Shown: piece by piece, positions 46,505-56,025 of the stretch | How positions within the stretch are numbered: the first letter of the stretch is position 1 | Layout of the letters: each line of letters begins with the position of its first letter | Assembly: GCA_016186955.1 (NCBI GenBank) | Contig: JACPKP010000011.1 | Location: forward strand, 12,477 to 76,476 | Source: Candidatus Daviesbacteria bacterium | Lineage (GTDB): Bacteria > Patescibacteriota > Microgenomatia > Daviesbacterales > UBA10151 | DNA: 64,000 nt | Direction: 5' to 3' | Notes under the pieces: model-generated | Database searches by the model: none | What the model was told of the DNA's origin: nothing | Seen by the model: the letters and a program-made list of their open reading frames with translations, nothing else | Made by a program: the position numbers and the translations under genes

Positions 46505-48316
46505 ATGGCTGCCCGGGAGTTGGTTATTAGTTCATGGTTTGTAGTTTATAGAAAAATTTTTCTCTTTTTTGTTTTACTTGTTACTTGTTACTTGTTACTT
46601 GTTACTTATCTTCCGCCCGCTTTTGCCCAGGGAACACCTCCTGCAGCAGGTACAACTTCTGCAGCCGGTACAACCCCTGCAGCTGCCCCCTGGAACGCCC
46701 AAAACCAGTCCAATTTCACCTCTCAAACCCTCCAACATGCAATCCTTTGCGACCTGGTATTTATGAGCCCATTGGGCAGGTGTGTCGGCTTTGAAAAAGA
46801 CCCGTCCAAAAAAGACGGTGTTAAAGTAAGCCTGTACGGACCGCAGTTCGGGGGAGCGCTGGGAAGTTTGACTAATATGGCGGTTGCCCTTTACCAACCC
46901 CCAACCTCCACAGTTTATTACCTGGCTGATGTGGCCAAAGGGTTTGGGATTATCACCCCAGCCTATGCCCAGGTTACCGGCTCAGGAGCAGGGATTATAG
47001 AACCTGTTAAAAAACTGTGGGAGGTGATGCGCAATTTTGCTTATCTGGCATTTATTATTATCTTTTTGGCGATCGGTTTTATGATCATGTTCAGGCAAAA
47101 ATTAAACGCCCAGACGGTTTTGACAGTCCAGGCAGCATTACCGGGGCTGGTACTGAGCCTAATCCTGGTATTTTTAAGTTATTTTATTGCAGCTTTTTTA
47201 ATTGACCTGGCTTTTTTAAGCGTCCAGATCCTGGCTTGGCTTTTTATACAAAACGGGCTGGCAAACTCTTTTGGTGATGCAGCGGGAATACAAAGCCTGG
47301 CCCAAAATTCTAATATCCTGGAACTATTTAAAAACAGCTTCCGGTTTGAAGCATTTGGAGAGGTTACGGGTGGAGTATCCGGTACTGTAAATTCAGTGTT
47401 TGGCGGGTCTGCTGCAGGACCAAATGCTTTGGCTATTATCATACCTGCAATTATCGGTTCAGTTATTGCATTTTTTATTTTTCCACCTGGAGGTTTGGTC
47501 GCACTTGGTGTTACTGCTGGTGGTGGAGCTGCTGCCGGCCTTTTGGCGCCTCTTATAATAGGCCTGCTCGTGCCTTTAATATTAATTATTGCCTTGGCTA
47601 TCCAGTTTTTTAAACTGCTTTTTAAGCTGATCATGGCTTATGTCATGTTGCTGGTGACAACAATCCTCGGCCCGCTGCTGATTTTAGTCAGCGCAGTACC
47701 CGGTAAAGGAACGTCATTGTCTTTTTGGTGGAAAAACCTGCTGGGTAATGCCCTGGTTTTTCCTGCTGTATTCGGGACTTTTTTATTTGCAGGGATGATC
47801 CTGGCCACAGACCCTTCAGCTTGGAAAGCCAGCCCCCCGCTTTTTGGCGGGCTCTCCACCGAACTTTTGAGGCTGATCATCGCTTACGGGATAATACTGG
47901 GCACACCAGCTGTACCTGATATGGTAAAAAAGATGATAGGAGCAGGGGATCTTGGAGAGATAGGCAAAACAGGCGCAGCCGGGTTCTTTGCAGGGTTTGG
48001 GGTAGGCAAGGGTGCAGGGACAGCTGGAGTTAATAGATTACTGGCGCCAACTATGCAACTTAGAAATGAGCGCAGAACCTTGCAAGAACAGGCCGCTCTT
48101 GGTAAGTTAGGTCCATTGGGTGAGGCAAGGCTTGCGGCGCTTCAAAGAGGCGCTTATAATGTTTATCCAACAGGGAAAAAGAACAAACAGGGTGAATATG
48201 AGAGGGATACCGAAGGTAACCTGGAAACCGAATCAAGGGGTAGAACATGGTGGCCAAGCAAGATCCAAAGATGGCTGGTTGAAACCGGAAATAAAGCCTG
48301 GTCAGGAAAAAAATAA
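46505..48316 (+). CDS. Polytopic Gly-rich membrane protein, VirB6/TrbL-like candidate
   Basis: Signal peptide, at least six TM helices and Gly-rich loops. Position within the T4SS-like locus. Family call by topology only. Confidence 0.35.
   Translation: MAARELVISSWFVVYRKIFLFFVLLVTCYLLLVTYLPPAFAQGTPPAAGTTSAAGTTPAAAPWNAQNQSNFTSQTLQHAILCDLVFMSPLGRCVGFEKDPSKKDGVKVSLYGPQFGGALGSLTNMAVALYQPPTSTVYYLADVAKGFGIITPAYAQVTGSGAGIIEPVKKLWEVMRNFAYLAFIIIFLAIGFMIMFRQKLNAQTVLTVQAALPGLVLSLILVFLSYFIAAFLIDLAFLSVQILAWLFIQNGLANSFGDAAGIQSLAQNSNILELFKNSFRFEAFGEVTGGVSGTVNSVFGGSAAGPNALAIIIPAIIGSVIAFFIFPPGGLVALGVTAGGGAAAGLLAPLIIGLLVPLILIIALAIQFFKLLFKLIMAYVMLLVTTILGPLLILVSAVPGKGTSLSFWWKNLLGNALVFPAVFGTFLFAGMILATDPSAWKASPPLFGGLSTELLRLIIAYGIILGTPAVPDMVKKMIGAGDLGEIGKTGAAGFFAGFGVGKGAGTAGVNRLLAPTMQLRNERRTLQEQAALGKLGPLGEARLAALQRGAYNVYPTGKKNKQGEYERDTEGNLETESRGRTWWPSKIQRWLVETGNKAWSGKK
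46574..46608. repeat. Heptanucleotide tandem repeat (TTACTTG)x4.9 (same unit as 40460-40494) in signal-peptide codons of 46505..48316
   Basis: ttacttgttacttgttacttgttacttgttactta encodes LLVTCYLLLVTY. Confidence 0.85.
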
Positions 48317-48444
48317 TTTACTGTTATCCTTTTTGGCTTAAACCTTGCTGAATAATTCCCTTGATAACTTCCCATATAAAAATCCCAAAAGCCTGGTCTG
48401 GTTTGAAAAAATCTTTAATCACGAGTAATTGGTTTATTAAAGAT

Positions 48445-50274
48445 TTACCCTTTCTTTCTTCCTTCACCCTTCCAGACATATTCAGCAAAATTCCTGATTA
48501 GTTTGCCTTTTTCGGTCCATTGGTCGGAATCCAAATGTTCCCACATATCCTTTACTTGAGCCAATGCTTCACTGGTAGGCACTTTTAAAAAGGTGCTCTT
48601 TAATTTATCCCTTAAATCTTCTGCATTCATTAGATTATAGATAGACCATTGGAGCATTGGGGAGATAGGGTCAAACACCCTGAAATCGATTTCCTGCCAA
48701 TCTACATTGCTTAAATCAACCAGTCTTGTATATTTAGGATCAGGAATACCATATTCGTCTACTCTAATATTTCCTGCTTCATCCCTCATATATATTTTGC
48801 CAGACCAATCATATTCATAAATACCCTTCTTTTTATCAAATTTCTTTTGCTCGGGCTTAAAACCATTAAATACTTTTTCTACCCTTTCCAGAGCTGTTTT
48901 ATCTGCTTTTACATTTAATTCTTTATCTTTTTCTGCCTCTTCTTCGGCATCTTCCCTGGTCTTCCCTTTTTCCACAAGCTCTTCTATCTTAGCCTGTTTT
49001 ATCTTGTTGAATTCAATGTCATAGATTTTCTTTGGCAGTTTCGAGGTTAAGAAATCCTGGTTGCCGATATCCACGTCTGCCATAAGCTCAGGGTGAAGAT
49101 GGTAATGGTCTTTATTTTTGATCAACCACCGCTGGAAATTAAACAACCTTCTGGCAAAAAAAACACCGCCTGTGAATTTTCCCTCAATTTTTTTATCCTG
49201 TGCAGACAGCCTGCCTGTAACCATCCAAAACCTTTCCCCAAGCCTACGCGCCCATTCCAACTCTGCATTTTCATTATAATCTGTGTTTTCTTCTTTCTTT
49301 TTTCTAAGTCTTTCAGAAAATTCAGGATCACTTTCCTTTTTTCTCTTAATTATCTTTTCTACTATCTTTTTTTGAAAATCCTCCAGGGTATCTGTTTTTG
49401 AAGCCTGGATATATTCCTGCGCCCGCAGATCATATTCAACGAAAAACTCCATCACCTCCGGAATATGGATCAAGGTGTTTAAGTATTCTGCCCTGAATTG
49501 TTGAACCAGACTGGCAACAGCTTTTACATCCTGAACACTTTCAAACCTCAAAAACATCTCCCTGAATTTTTTTCTGGCCTGCAATTCATTATTTAATCTA
49601 ATTCCTATGTCATAATTTGGATCTTTCTCGTCCGTATGATTCCTCCTATATTCAGGCTCCCTCAACGCTTCTATCATACTGTCAGCACGTCTTACTGCCC
49701 TATCCGCAGCCGGATCTCCGGCTTCAGAAGAAGCCGCTTCAGATAAAGCAAGCGCATCCCTTAGGTATTTGAATTTATTTTCTCTGCTTTCAGGAACATA
49801 AACTTTTCTCTGATACCCTGAATAAGATTCAATATAGGCTATTTCAACCGGATCCTTAAATTGGTGTGGTTTGGGGTTTTCAAGACCCGGCGGATTTGTT
49901 TCTAAATGAAAGTAGTTTTCCGCCTCGCTGCTACCCCTTAGCTCTTTATGTAGTTTTTCTAAACGGTGCCATGTTTTTTTATCATCTTCCTTAATCTTCA
50001 TAGAAGACAGTGAATTTCTATCTATACCAAATGATTTTAAACCCTCTAATAAATCCTCAAGATAATCTTTTTCTGTATCTGATATCTCTGGTTTTGTTGG
50101 ATCATATCCTATTTTAATATTTTTTGGTTCTTCTAATTGGGCCAATTGCGCACTCAATGCAGCTACCTGTTGTTCAAGGGATATAATTCTTTTATCTTTT
50201 TCTGAATCATTCTCCAGATCCGGGGAAGTTGTTGATGTTTCTAATTCTTCATCCATATATCTTTCTCTGCTCAT
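48445..50274 (-). CDS. Hypothetical large soluble protein (acidic, coiled-coil N-terminus)
   Basis: 609 aa, no TM helix, no recognisable motif. Confidence 0.45.
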   Translation of the reverse strand: MSRERYMDEELETSTTSPDLENDSEKDKRIISLEQQVAALSAQLAQLEEPKNIKIGYDPTKPEISDTEKDYLEDLLEGLKSFGIDRNSLSSMKIKEDDKKTWHRLEKLHKELRGSSEAENYFHLETNPPGLENPKPHQFKDPVEIAYIESYSGYQRKVYVPESRENKFKYLRDALALSEAASSEAGDPAADRAVRRADSMIEALREPEYRRNHTDEKDPNYDIGIRLNNELQARKKFREMFLRFESVQDVKAVASLVQQFRAEYLNTLIHIPEVMEFFVEYDLRAQEYIQASKTDTLEDFQKKIVEKIIKRKKESDPEFSERLRKKKEENTDYNENAELEWARRLGERFWMVTGRLSAQDKKIEGKFTGGVFFARRLFNFQRWLIKNKDHYHLHPELMADVDIGNQDFLTSKLPKKIYDIEFNKIKQAKIEELVEKGKTREDAEEEAEKDKELNVKADKTALERVEKVFNGFKPEQKKFDKKKGIYEYDWSGKIYMRDEAGNIRVDEYGIPDPKYTRLVDLSNVDWQEIDFRVFDPISPMLQWSIYNLMNAEDLRDKLKSTFLKVPTSEALAQVKDMWEHLDSDQWTEKGKLIRNFAEYVWKGEGRKKG

Positions 50275-50369
50275 AATAGTCTCCTTTCTAACTTATAGTG
50301 ATTATACCACAGATCTGAGCATGAGCCGACTTTAGTGTAGCTTTAAAGGAGTAATTTTGTCAAATTATT

Positions 50370-50792
50370 TCAATCCAATCCCAATCTTGTATATCCGTTT
50401 TTGGCAAATATCTCATCAAACCCAAAAATATCCTTTGTCTCAAAATGGTCGGCAAAAGCCATCACTATACAATCTGTGAAACTGGTAGAATTTACTTCCG
50501 TTTTAAACTTTTTAAAAGATGCCTTCCGGATTTGGTCATTTATCTCCTCCATAATAAACAAGTTCGAATCTAAAATCAGGTTACCTGTTGAAATGGCTAA
50601 ATTATGGCCAAATTTTTTCCCGATAACATTCATTGTTTCCGTAAAAATATCACCTGGGGTTATTATAGTGGTGTTGTATTCATCCAGGTGTTCCGCTGTT
50701 TTAACAGCAATTTTATGGTTATTATCTGTTGGAAAGAATAAAGATATTAAAGCACTTGAGTCAGCCACTACAAAAGCCTGCTTACTCCTCAT
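50370..50792 (-). CDS. vapC: PIN-domain toxin (VapC)
   Basis: AFVVADSSALISLFF N-terminal PIN signature; 140 aa. Confidence 0.65.
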   Translation of the reverse strand: MRSKQAFVVADSSALISLFFPTDNNHKIAVKTAEHLDEYNTTIITPGDIFTETMNVIGKKFGHNLAISTGNLILDSNLFIMEEINDQIRKASFKKFKTEVNSTSFTDCIVMAFADHFETKDIFGFDEIFAKNGYTRLGLD

Positions 50793-51030
50793 AAAGGTAT
50801 TTATCTATATTTGCAGACAGGTCTGGTGGACCCTTAATTTTTAATTTTTCCCCTAACTCTGCTAAAGCCAGCAACCCCTTTTTTGTGTTTGGTTTACGGG
50901 GGGATATAATCTTTAATCCTTTAGATAAAGCCTCTCTTATAACCTCCGCCTTTGGTTTATTGTTACTTTGCGCCAAAATCTGGATATCCCTATTGAGTTC
51001 TTGAGTGAGATAAACCTGTGTCCTGATCAT
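50782..51030 (-). CDS. vapB: RHH antitoxin (VapB/CopG-like)
   Basis: TQVYLTQELNRDIQILAQSNNKPKAEVIREAL is RHH-like; overlaps the vapC start. Confidence 0.55.
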   Translation of the reverse strand: MIRTQVYLTQELNRDIQILAQSNNKPKAEVIREALSKGLKIISPRKPNTKKGLLALAELGEKLKIKGPPDLSANIDKYLYEE

Positions 51031-51065
51031 ATATGTCTAATGTATAACATATGTCTGCTGGTTTG

Positions 51066-52073
51066 TCAAAGATATGATGACTTTTTATAAGTTAAGGTGC
51101 CTTTACATTTATAGCAGATGGATGTGCAGCAGTTTTCTACCTGGCAACTTGAACACCAGTTTTTTTTACTCTCGCTTAAAGTGACTGGCGGAAAATAGTA
51201 ATCCATACCAAGCATGGGTTGCATAAACATACCCCCAAAGTCAAAAACCGAGCAATTTGTCCTGATCTCCATGGGAGCAAACATAAACTCCATAGGATTT
51301 GGGCCGAAAAAGGCGCCAAAAAGCAGCCCGGAGTGGTATTTTTTTAAGGATTCCCCGCTCATGCCAACCTTAATCGCTTCCAGATACCTTCCGGCATTGA
51401 CTGAAGATAATCTGTTTGTTTCTTCCTCTATGTAGTTAAAGTTTAACCCTGGCCTTTCTTTGGATAACCCCAAAATCAGGGTTTGCACCTCGGCGTCCTT
51501 GATCTTGCCATTTCTCCCTCCTACAGATGTAATAATCAGGTCAGGTTCAGATTCAGGATCAACAACTTTCTTTGAAGACAATAAGTTCATCAGGACTGCT
51601 GCATCATGGCTGTCTAGCGCACCAGACTGGAACTGCCTGAAACTTACATAACCCTCGTTTACTTTTTCAGCCAAATTTATCTGTGTATCCATATACCCGT
51701 CGCCTTTAGGGGAAACCCAAATAACAGATTCCCCAATCCCGGCGTCAAATATCCTTTGCCGGTAATTTATGGCTGACCGGTATTCAGCGCCCCTTCTGAA
51801 CTCTTTATCAATACCCTCCAAAATATCTTTACCGCTGTACCTGTCTGAAGAATGCACCAACCTTTTTTCACCAAAAACCTCCTCTATAAAATACGCATCG
51901 TTATATGGCTTTAGGGTTTTTGAGGCTTCCCAGGTCTGGGAACGGAAGTTGTCTTTAAAAACATCAAGGGCTATTTTTTCCCCTACCCCAACCCCGTACA
52001 CCCTAAGGGTCTGGTGGTAAAAATTAACGTCTTTGTTGACGTCAAAAGTGTGGCTTACCGGGGAAAATTCCAT
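51066..52073 (-). CDS. Hypothetical protein with C-terminal Cys cluster
   Basis: 335 aa; C-terminus CSSCQVENCCTSICYKCKG; no family recognised. Confidence 0.45.
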   Translation of the reverse strand: MEFSPVSHTFDVNKDVNFYHQTLRVYGVGVGEKIALDVFKDNFRSQTWEASKTLKPYNDAYFIEEVFGEKRLVHSSDRYSGKDILEGIDKEFRRGAEYRSAINYRQRIFDAGIGESVIWVSPKGDGYMDTQINLAEKVNEGYVSFRQFQSGALDSHDAAVLMNLLSSKKVVDPESEPDLIITSVGGRNGKIKDAEVQTLILGLSKERPGLNFNYIEEETNRLSSVNAGRYLEAIKVGMSGESLKKYHSGLLFGAFFGPNPMEFMFAPMEIRTNCSVFDFGGMFMQPMLGMDYYFPPVTLSESKKNWCSSCQVENCCTSICYKCKGTLTYKKSSYL

Positions 52074-52297
52074 GGAAAATATAATCTATATTGATCTTTA
52101 CGCTTTGTCAATACGCTGTATATTGTGGTAGAGGAATGTGACTTTCTGATCCAGTTTGAGTGTCTAGACTATAAAATTTTCACGCAGTATAAAAAAAGCT
52201 GCTAGATAGATAGGTTCTAGTTTCTAGTAGAAATATGTGGATAAAGTCATATGATCGGTAAACTAGCACCTAGAAGCTAGTAACTAAAAGCTAATTT

Positions 52298-53377
52298 ATG
52301 GAAGCACATCCTGTCCCGCAAAATATAACCAATTTTGAATTCCACCTGGTTGGGGATATGACCTTAAAACAATTCGGGTATCTGGCTGGAGGTTTGGGGT
52401 TTGCATATATGATCTTTTTCCTTTTTGCCACCTCATTCCCGTTTGTTGCCTGGCCAATTGTCATAATTTCAGTAATCATCGGAATATCGTTTGCTTTTTT
52501 ACCCATCCAGGAACGCCCTCTTGACCATTGGGTTAGCGCTTTTTTTAAAGCTATTTTTAGGCCGACAAAATTTAATTATAAATCTGACATCGTTATAAAA
52601 GAGGACCCTTTTTTTAAAAAAAGGTTAGAATTTTTTCTCTCACAATTATCTGCAACCCCTGTAATTGGGCTTTCATGGGGGGATACACCTACTATAACTC
52701 CGCCTCCCCAACCTAAACCTGTTATAAAACCCGCCGTACAAGAGGTTAAAAAGGAAGCTGTCTCTCCGGCTGAACCTGTCAAACTCCCTGCCCCTGCTGA
52801 CTCTAAACTTCCAACCCAGGAAGACCTGAAAGCAACAGTCGAGCTGGCTGATAAAGCCCAAATAATCCGTAAAAAAATTACAGAAACAGAAGAGCAGTTA
52901 AGCCGGGTAAAAGCAAGGGCGATAGCGCCCGGAGAAGATAAAGAACTATTTGCTAAAGATTTCCAGGTTATTTTAAACAACCTGCAAAAATTAAACAGTG
53001 AAGCCGGCGAAATATCAAAAAAACTGGCAGTGCTTTCCAAAACGCCTATCAAAACACCAGCCATTGCCACCCCGGCAAAAAGCATGCCAACAATCAGTTT
53101 AACTGCTGTCCCTAATATCTTAAACGGGATTGTGACAGACCTTCAGGGAAATTATATAGAGGGTGCAATCCTGGTAGCCCATGACAAACAAAATTTACCT
53201 GTCCGGGCTTTAAAAACCAATAAGCTTGGCCAATTTATTGCCGCCACCCCCCTGCCCAACGGCGACTATGTTGTCACCTGCGAAAAAGATAATTTAATTT
53301 TTGACGTTATAAAAATAGAATTTTCAGGACAGGTGCTGCAACCTGTGATAATTTCAGCTAAAAAAGGAGCGCTCTGA
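52298..53377 (+). CDS. PrgI/VirB3-like two-TM protein fused to coiled coil and carboxypeptidase-regulatory-like beta-sandwich
   Basis: N-terminal GDMTLKQFGYLAGG, two TM helices and IQERPLDHWVSAFFKAIFRPTKFNY resemble the PrgI-family GLTxRQ...G.P.E.W...lrf signature. C-terminal GIVTDLQGNYIEGAIL...LPNGDYVVTCEKDN is CarboxypepD_reg-like. Confidence 0.35.
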   Translation: MEAHPVPQNITNFEFHLVGDMTLKQFGYLAGGLGFAYMIFFLFATSFPFVAWPIVIISVIIGISFAFLPIQERPLDHWVSAFFKAIFRPTKFNYKSDIVIKEDPFFKKRLEFFLSQLSATPVIGLSWGDTPTITPPPQPKPVIKPAVQEVKKEAVSPAEPVKLPAPADSKLPTQEDLKATVELADKAQIIRKKITETEEQLSRVKARAIAPGEDKELFAKDFQVILNNLQKLNSEAGEISKKLAVLSKTPIKTPAIATPAKSMPTISLTAVPNILNGIVTDLQGNYIEGAILVAHDKQNLPVRALKTNKLGQFIAATPLPNGDYVVTCEKDNLIFDVIKIEFSGQVLQPVIISAKKGAL

Positions 53378-54183
53378 TGGATACCACACAAAATTACCTG
53401 CCAATCAAAGATATTTTAAATGATTTAATTATTTTAAAAGACGGTAGTGTTTCTTGTGTGATTAAAACTTCCGCAGTCAACTTCGGTCTGATTTCAGAAA
53501 ATGAGCAGCTGGCGATTATATCCTCCTTTGCAGGACTTTTAAATTCATTGTCTTTTTCTATACAGCTGGTGATACGTTCAAAAAGGCTTGATATATCAAG
53601 CTATCTGAAACTGCTTGATGAATCAAGGAATAAACAAAACAACCCGCTGCTGCGTGATATGATGGGGCGTTACCGTACTTTTATTGAAAGTGTGATCAGG
53701 GAAAATGAGGTTTTAGATAAACAGTTTTATGTGGTGATCTCTGTTTCATACCTGGAGTTGGGGGTTATCAATAATATAGAAAAGCATTTCTCTAAAGCTA
53801 TAACAATACTCCTGCCAAGAAGGGATCATGTAATAAGGCAGCTTGAAAGAATCGGCCTTAAGGCAACTCAACTCAACACAGAAGCTCTAACCAGGCTTTT
53901 TTTTGATATTTTCAACGGGGACGGGCAACAACAACCAGACCGGAAACTTCAGGTTGAACCACTAATCACACAACCACAAACATCAGTACCAAAGGCTGCT
54001 GTGTTACTAAAACCACAAGTACAACCGCAGGCACAAACCCAACCAAAAAATCCACCGCCACAGCCGCAAACCATCAAAACACAATTTTCCCCGCCTGTCA
54101 TAAATGACCAACCAAAACCTGTCACCAGGTCATCCATGCCTTTTGTTGTAGAAGAACTGCCTGATGAATACAGCAGTGTATAA
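53377..54183 (+). CDS. VirB4 N-terminal-domain-like protein (split virB4, part 1)
   Basis: DGSVSCVIKTSAVNFGLISENEQLAIISSFAGLLNSLSFSIQLVI resembles the N-terminal domain of VirB4/TrbE. Overlaps the upstream gene (TGATGG). Ends in a Pro/Gln-rich tail 50 nt before the ATPase ORF, which is in a different frame. Confidence 0.35.
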   Translation: MDTTQNYLPIKDILNDLIILKDGSVSCVIKTSAVNFGLISENEQLAIISSFAGLLNSLSFSIQLVIRSKRLDISSYLKLLDESRNKQNNPLLRDMMGRYRTFIESVIRENEVLDKQFYVVISVSYLELGVINNIEKHFSKAITILLPRRDHVIRQLERIGLKATQLNTEALTRLFFDIFNGDGQQQPDRKLQVEPLITQPQTSVPKAAVLLKPQVQPQAQTQPKNPPPQPQTIKTQFSPPVINDQPKPVTRSSMPFVVEELPDEYSSV

Positions 54184-54232
54184 TAATTTTAAGCTGTTGT
54201 TTTACAATTTACGTTTTTAGTTTTTCGTTATT

Positions 54233-56020
54233 ATGGACATATCTTTTGTCACACCACCTAAGCCAAAAACACCCAAACAGGATTGGCCGCCTGGGGGAAA
54301 AACAGGCGGCAAACTCTCTATTGCTGATGTGCTGGCGCCGGCAGAGGTAGAGGTTGATTTTTCTTTTCTCAGGATCAACAACTCACTTTACAGGTCTTTC
54401 TTTGTTTCAGCTTACCCCCGGTACGCTGAACCAAATTGGCTTGAGCCTTTGATTGATTTTGACCATTCACTGGATATTTCAATGTTTATCTATCCCTCAA
54501 CCTCAAAAACAGTCCTGGATGACTTAAAAAGAAAGATAGCTGAGATGGAAGCCACCATCCAAACGGATATCGAAAGAGGGAGGGCTATAAATCCATCAGT
54601 GCAGGTAGCGCTTGATGATGCCAGGGCATTGCAAGACCAACTCGTAAAAGGGTCTGAAAGGTTTTTTAGGCTGGGGCTTTATATAACAGTGCCTGTGCAA
54701 AAAAAGCCCGCAGCTGATGAAGATTTAAACAATATCTCTGAGCTGGTAGAATCTACACTGGGATCCATCTCTATAACCGCCAAAAAAACCACACTCCAGA
54801 TGGAAGATGCTTTTATCTCCACTATACCTTTGGGTATAGATAGGTTGAACCTAAACCATAATATGGATACCACCTCACTTGCCACCACATTCCCTTTTAC
54901 TACATCGGAACTGACTGCAAATGAAGGGATTATGTACGGAATTAATGAACACAACGGGTCTTTGGTGGTGTTTGACAGGTTTTCCCTGGAAAACTATAAC
55001 TCTGTAGTTTTTGCAAAAGCCGGCGCCGGTAAGTCTTATTTTGTCAAGTTGGAAATTTTAAGATCCCTTATGTTTAATACACAGGTGATTGTAATTGACC
55101 CTGAGCATGAATATATTAAGCTTAGTGAGGCTGTCGGGGGAGAGTATATAAATTTCACATCAGAATCACCTGTTAAAATAAACCCTTTTGACCTCTCTAA
55201 TGTTTTAGAAAGCGGTGAAAATGAACTGGGCAGAAAAATATTAACCTTAACCGGTTTTTTAAAGCTGGTTTTAGGGGAATTAACTTCTTCACAATCCGCT
55301 GTCTTAGATAGGGCGTTATCTAACACTTACCGTCTTAAAGGGATTACCGCTGACCCCCAAACACAAAAACTGGCGCCTCCTTTAATGGAAGATTTGTATA
55401 AAGTTTTAATCGGGATGGAGGACCCTAATGCTAAAGAACTGGCATTCAGGCTGGAAAGGTTTATTAAGGGGTCGTTGGCAGGAATATTTTCTGCACCCTC
55501 AAATATTAACCTTAATAACCAAATGGTGGTTTTTTCAGTCAGGGACCTGGCTGACCAGCTCCGCCCTTTAGCTATGTACTTAATACTTGATTATATCTGG
55601 ACAAAAATCAGGGCAAACCTGCAAAAAAGGCTACTGGTTGTTGATGAAGCCTGGTATATGATGAAAAACCCTGATAGCGCGCAGTTTTTAGTAGAGATGG
55701 CCAAAAGGGCCAGGAAATATTATCTCGGGGTCACCACTATTACCCAGGATGTTGAGGATTTCCTGGCAGAAGACAGGGGTAAAGAAATTATTTCTAATTC
55801 ATCAATACAAACCCTGTTAAAACAAAGTCCTTCTTCAATTGATAAAATAGGACAAGTTTTTAACCTGTCAGAAGGGGAAAAACACCTGCTTTTATCTGCA
55901 GGTGTAGGCCAAGGCCTTTTCTTTGCCGGCCCTTCGCATGTAGCCATCCAGATAGTGGCCTCACCTGAAGAACACCAGCTGATCACCTCCAACCCTGCTG
56001 AACTTATAGCTAAAAACTAA
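54233..56020 (+). CDS. virB4: VirB4/TrbE/PrgJ-family T4SS ATPase (ATPase domains)
   Basis: YRSFFVSAYPRY...WL...ISMFIYP region, Walker A VFAKAGAGKSYFVK, Walker B LLVVDEAWYMM, C motif VTTITQDVEDF. Confidence 0.75.
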   Translation: MDISFVTPPKPKTPKQDWPPGGKTGGKLSIADVLAPAEVEVDFSFLRINNSLYRSFFVSAYPRYAEPNWLEPLIDFDHSLDISMFIYPSTSKTVLDDLKRKIAEMEATIQTDIERGRAINPSVQVALDDARALQDQLVKGSERFFRLGLYITVPVQKKPAADEDLNNISELVESTLGSISITAKKTTLQMEDAFISTIPLGIDRLNLNHNMDTTSLATTFPFTTSELTANEGIMYGINEHNGSLVVFDRFSLENYNSVVFAKAGAGKSYFVKLEILRSLMFNTQVIVIDPEHEYIKLSEAVGGEYINFTSESPVKINPFDLSNVLESGENELGRKILTLTGFLKLVLGELTSSQSAVLDRALSNTYRLKGITADPQTQKLAPPLMEDLYKVLIGMEDPNAKELAFRLERFIKGSLAGIFSAPSNINLNNQMVVFSVRDLADQLRPLAMYLILDYIWTKIRANLQKRLLVVDEAWYMMKNPDSAQFLVEMAKRARKYYLGVTTITQDVEDFLAEDRGKEIISNSSIQTLLKQSPSSIDKIGQVFNLSEGEKHLLLSAGVGQGLFFAGPSHVAIQIVASPEEHQLITSNPAELIAKN

Positions 56021-56025
56021 CTAAA

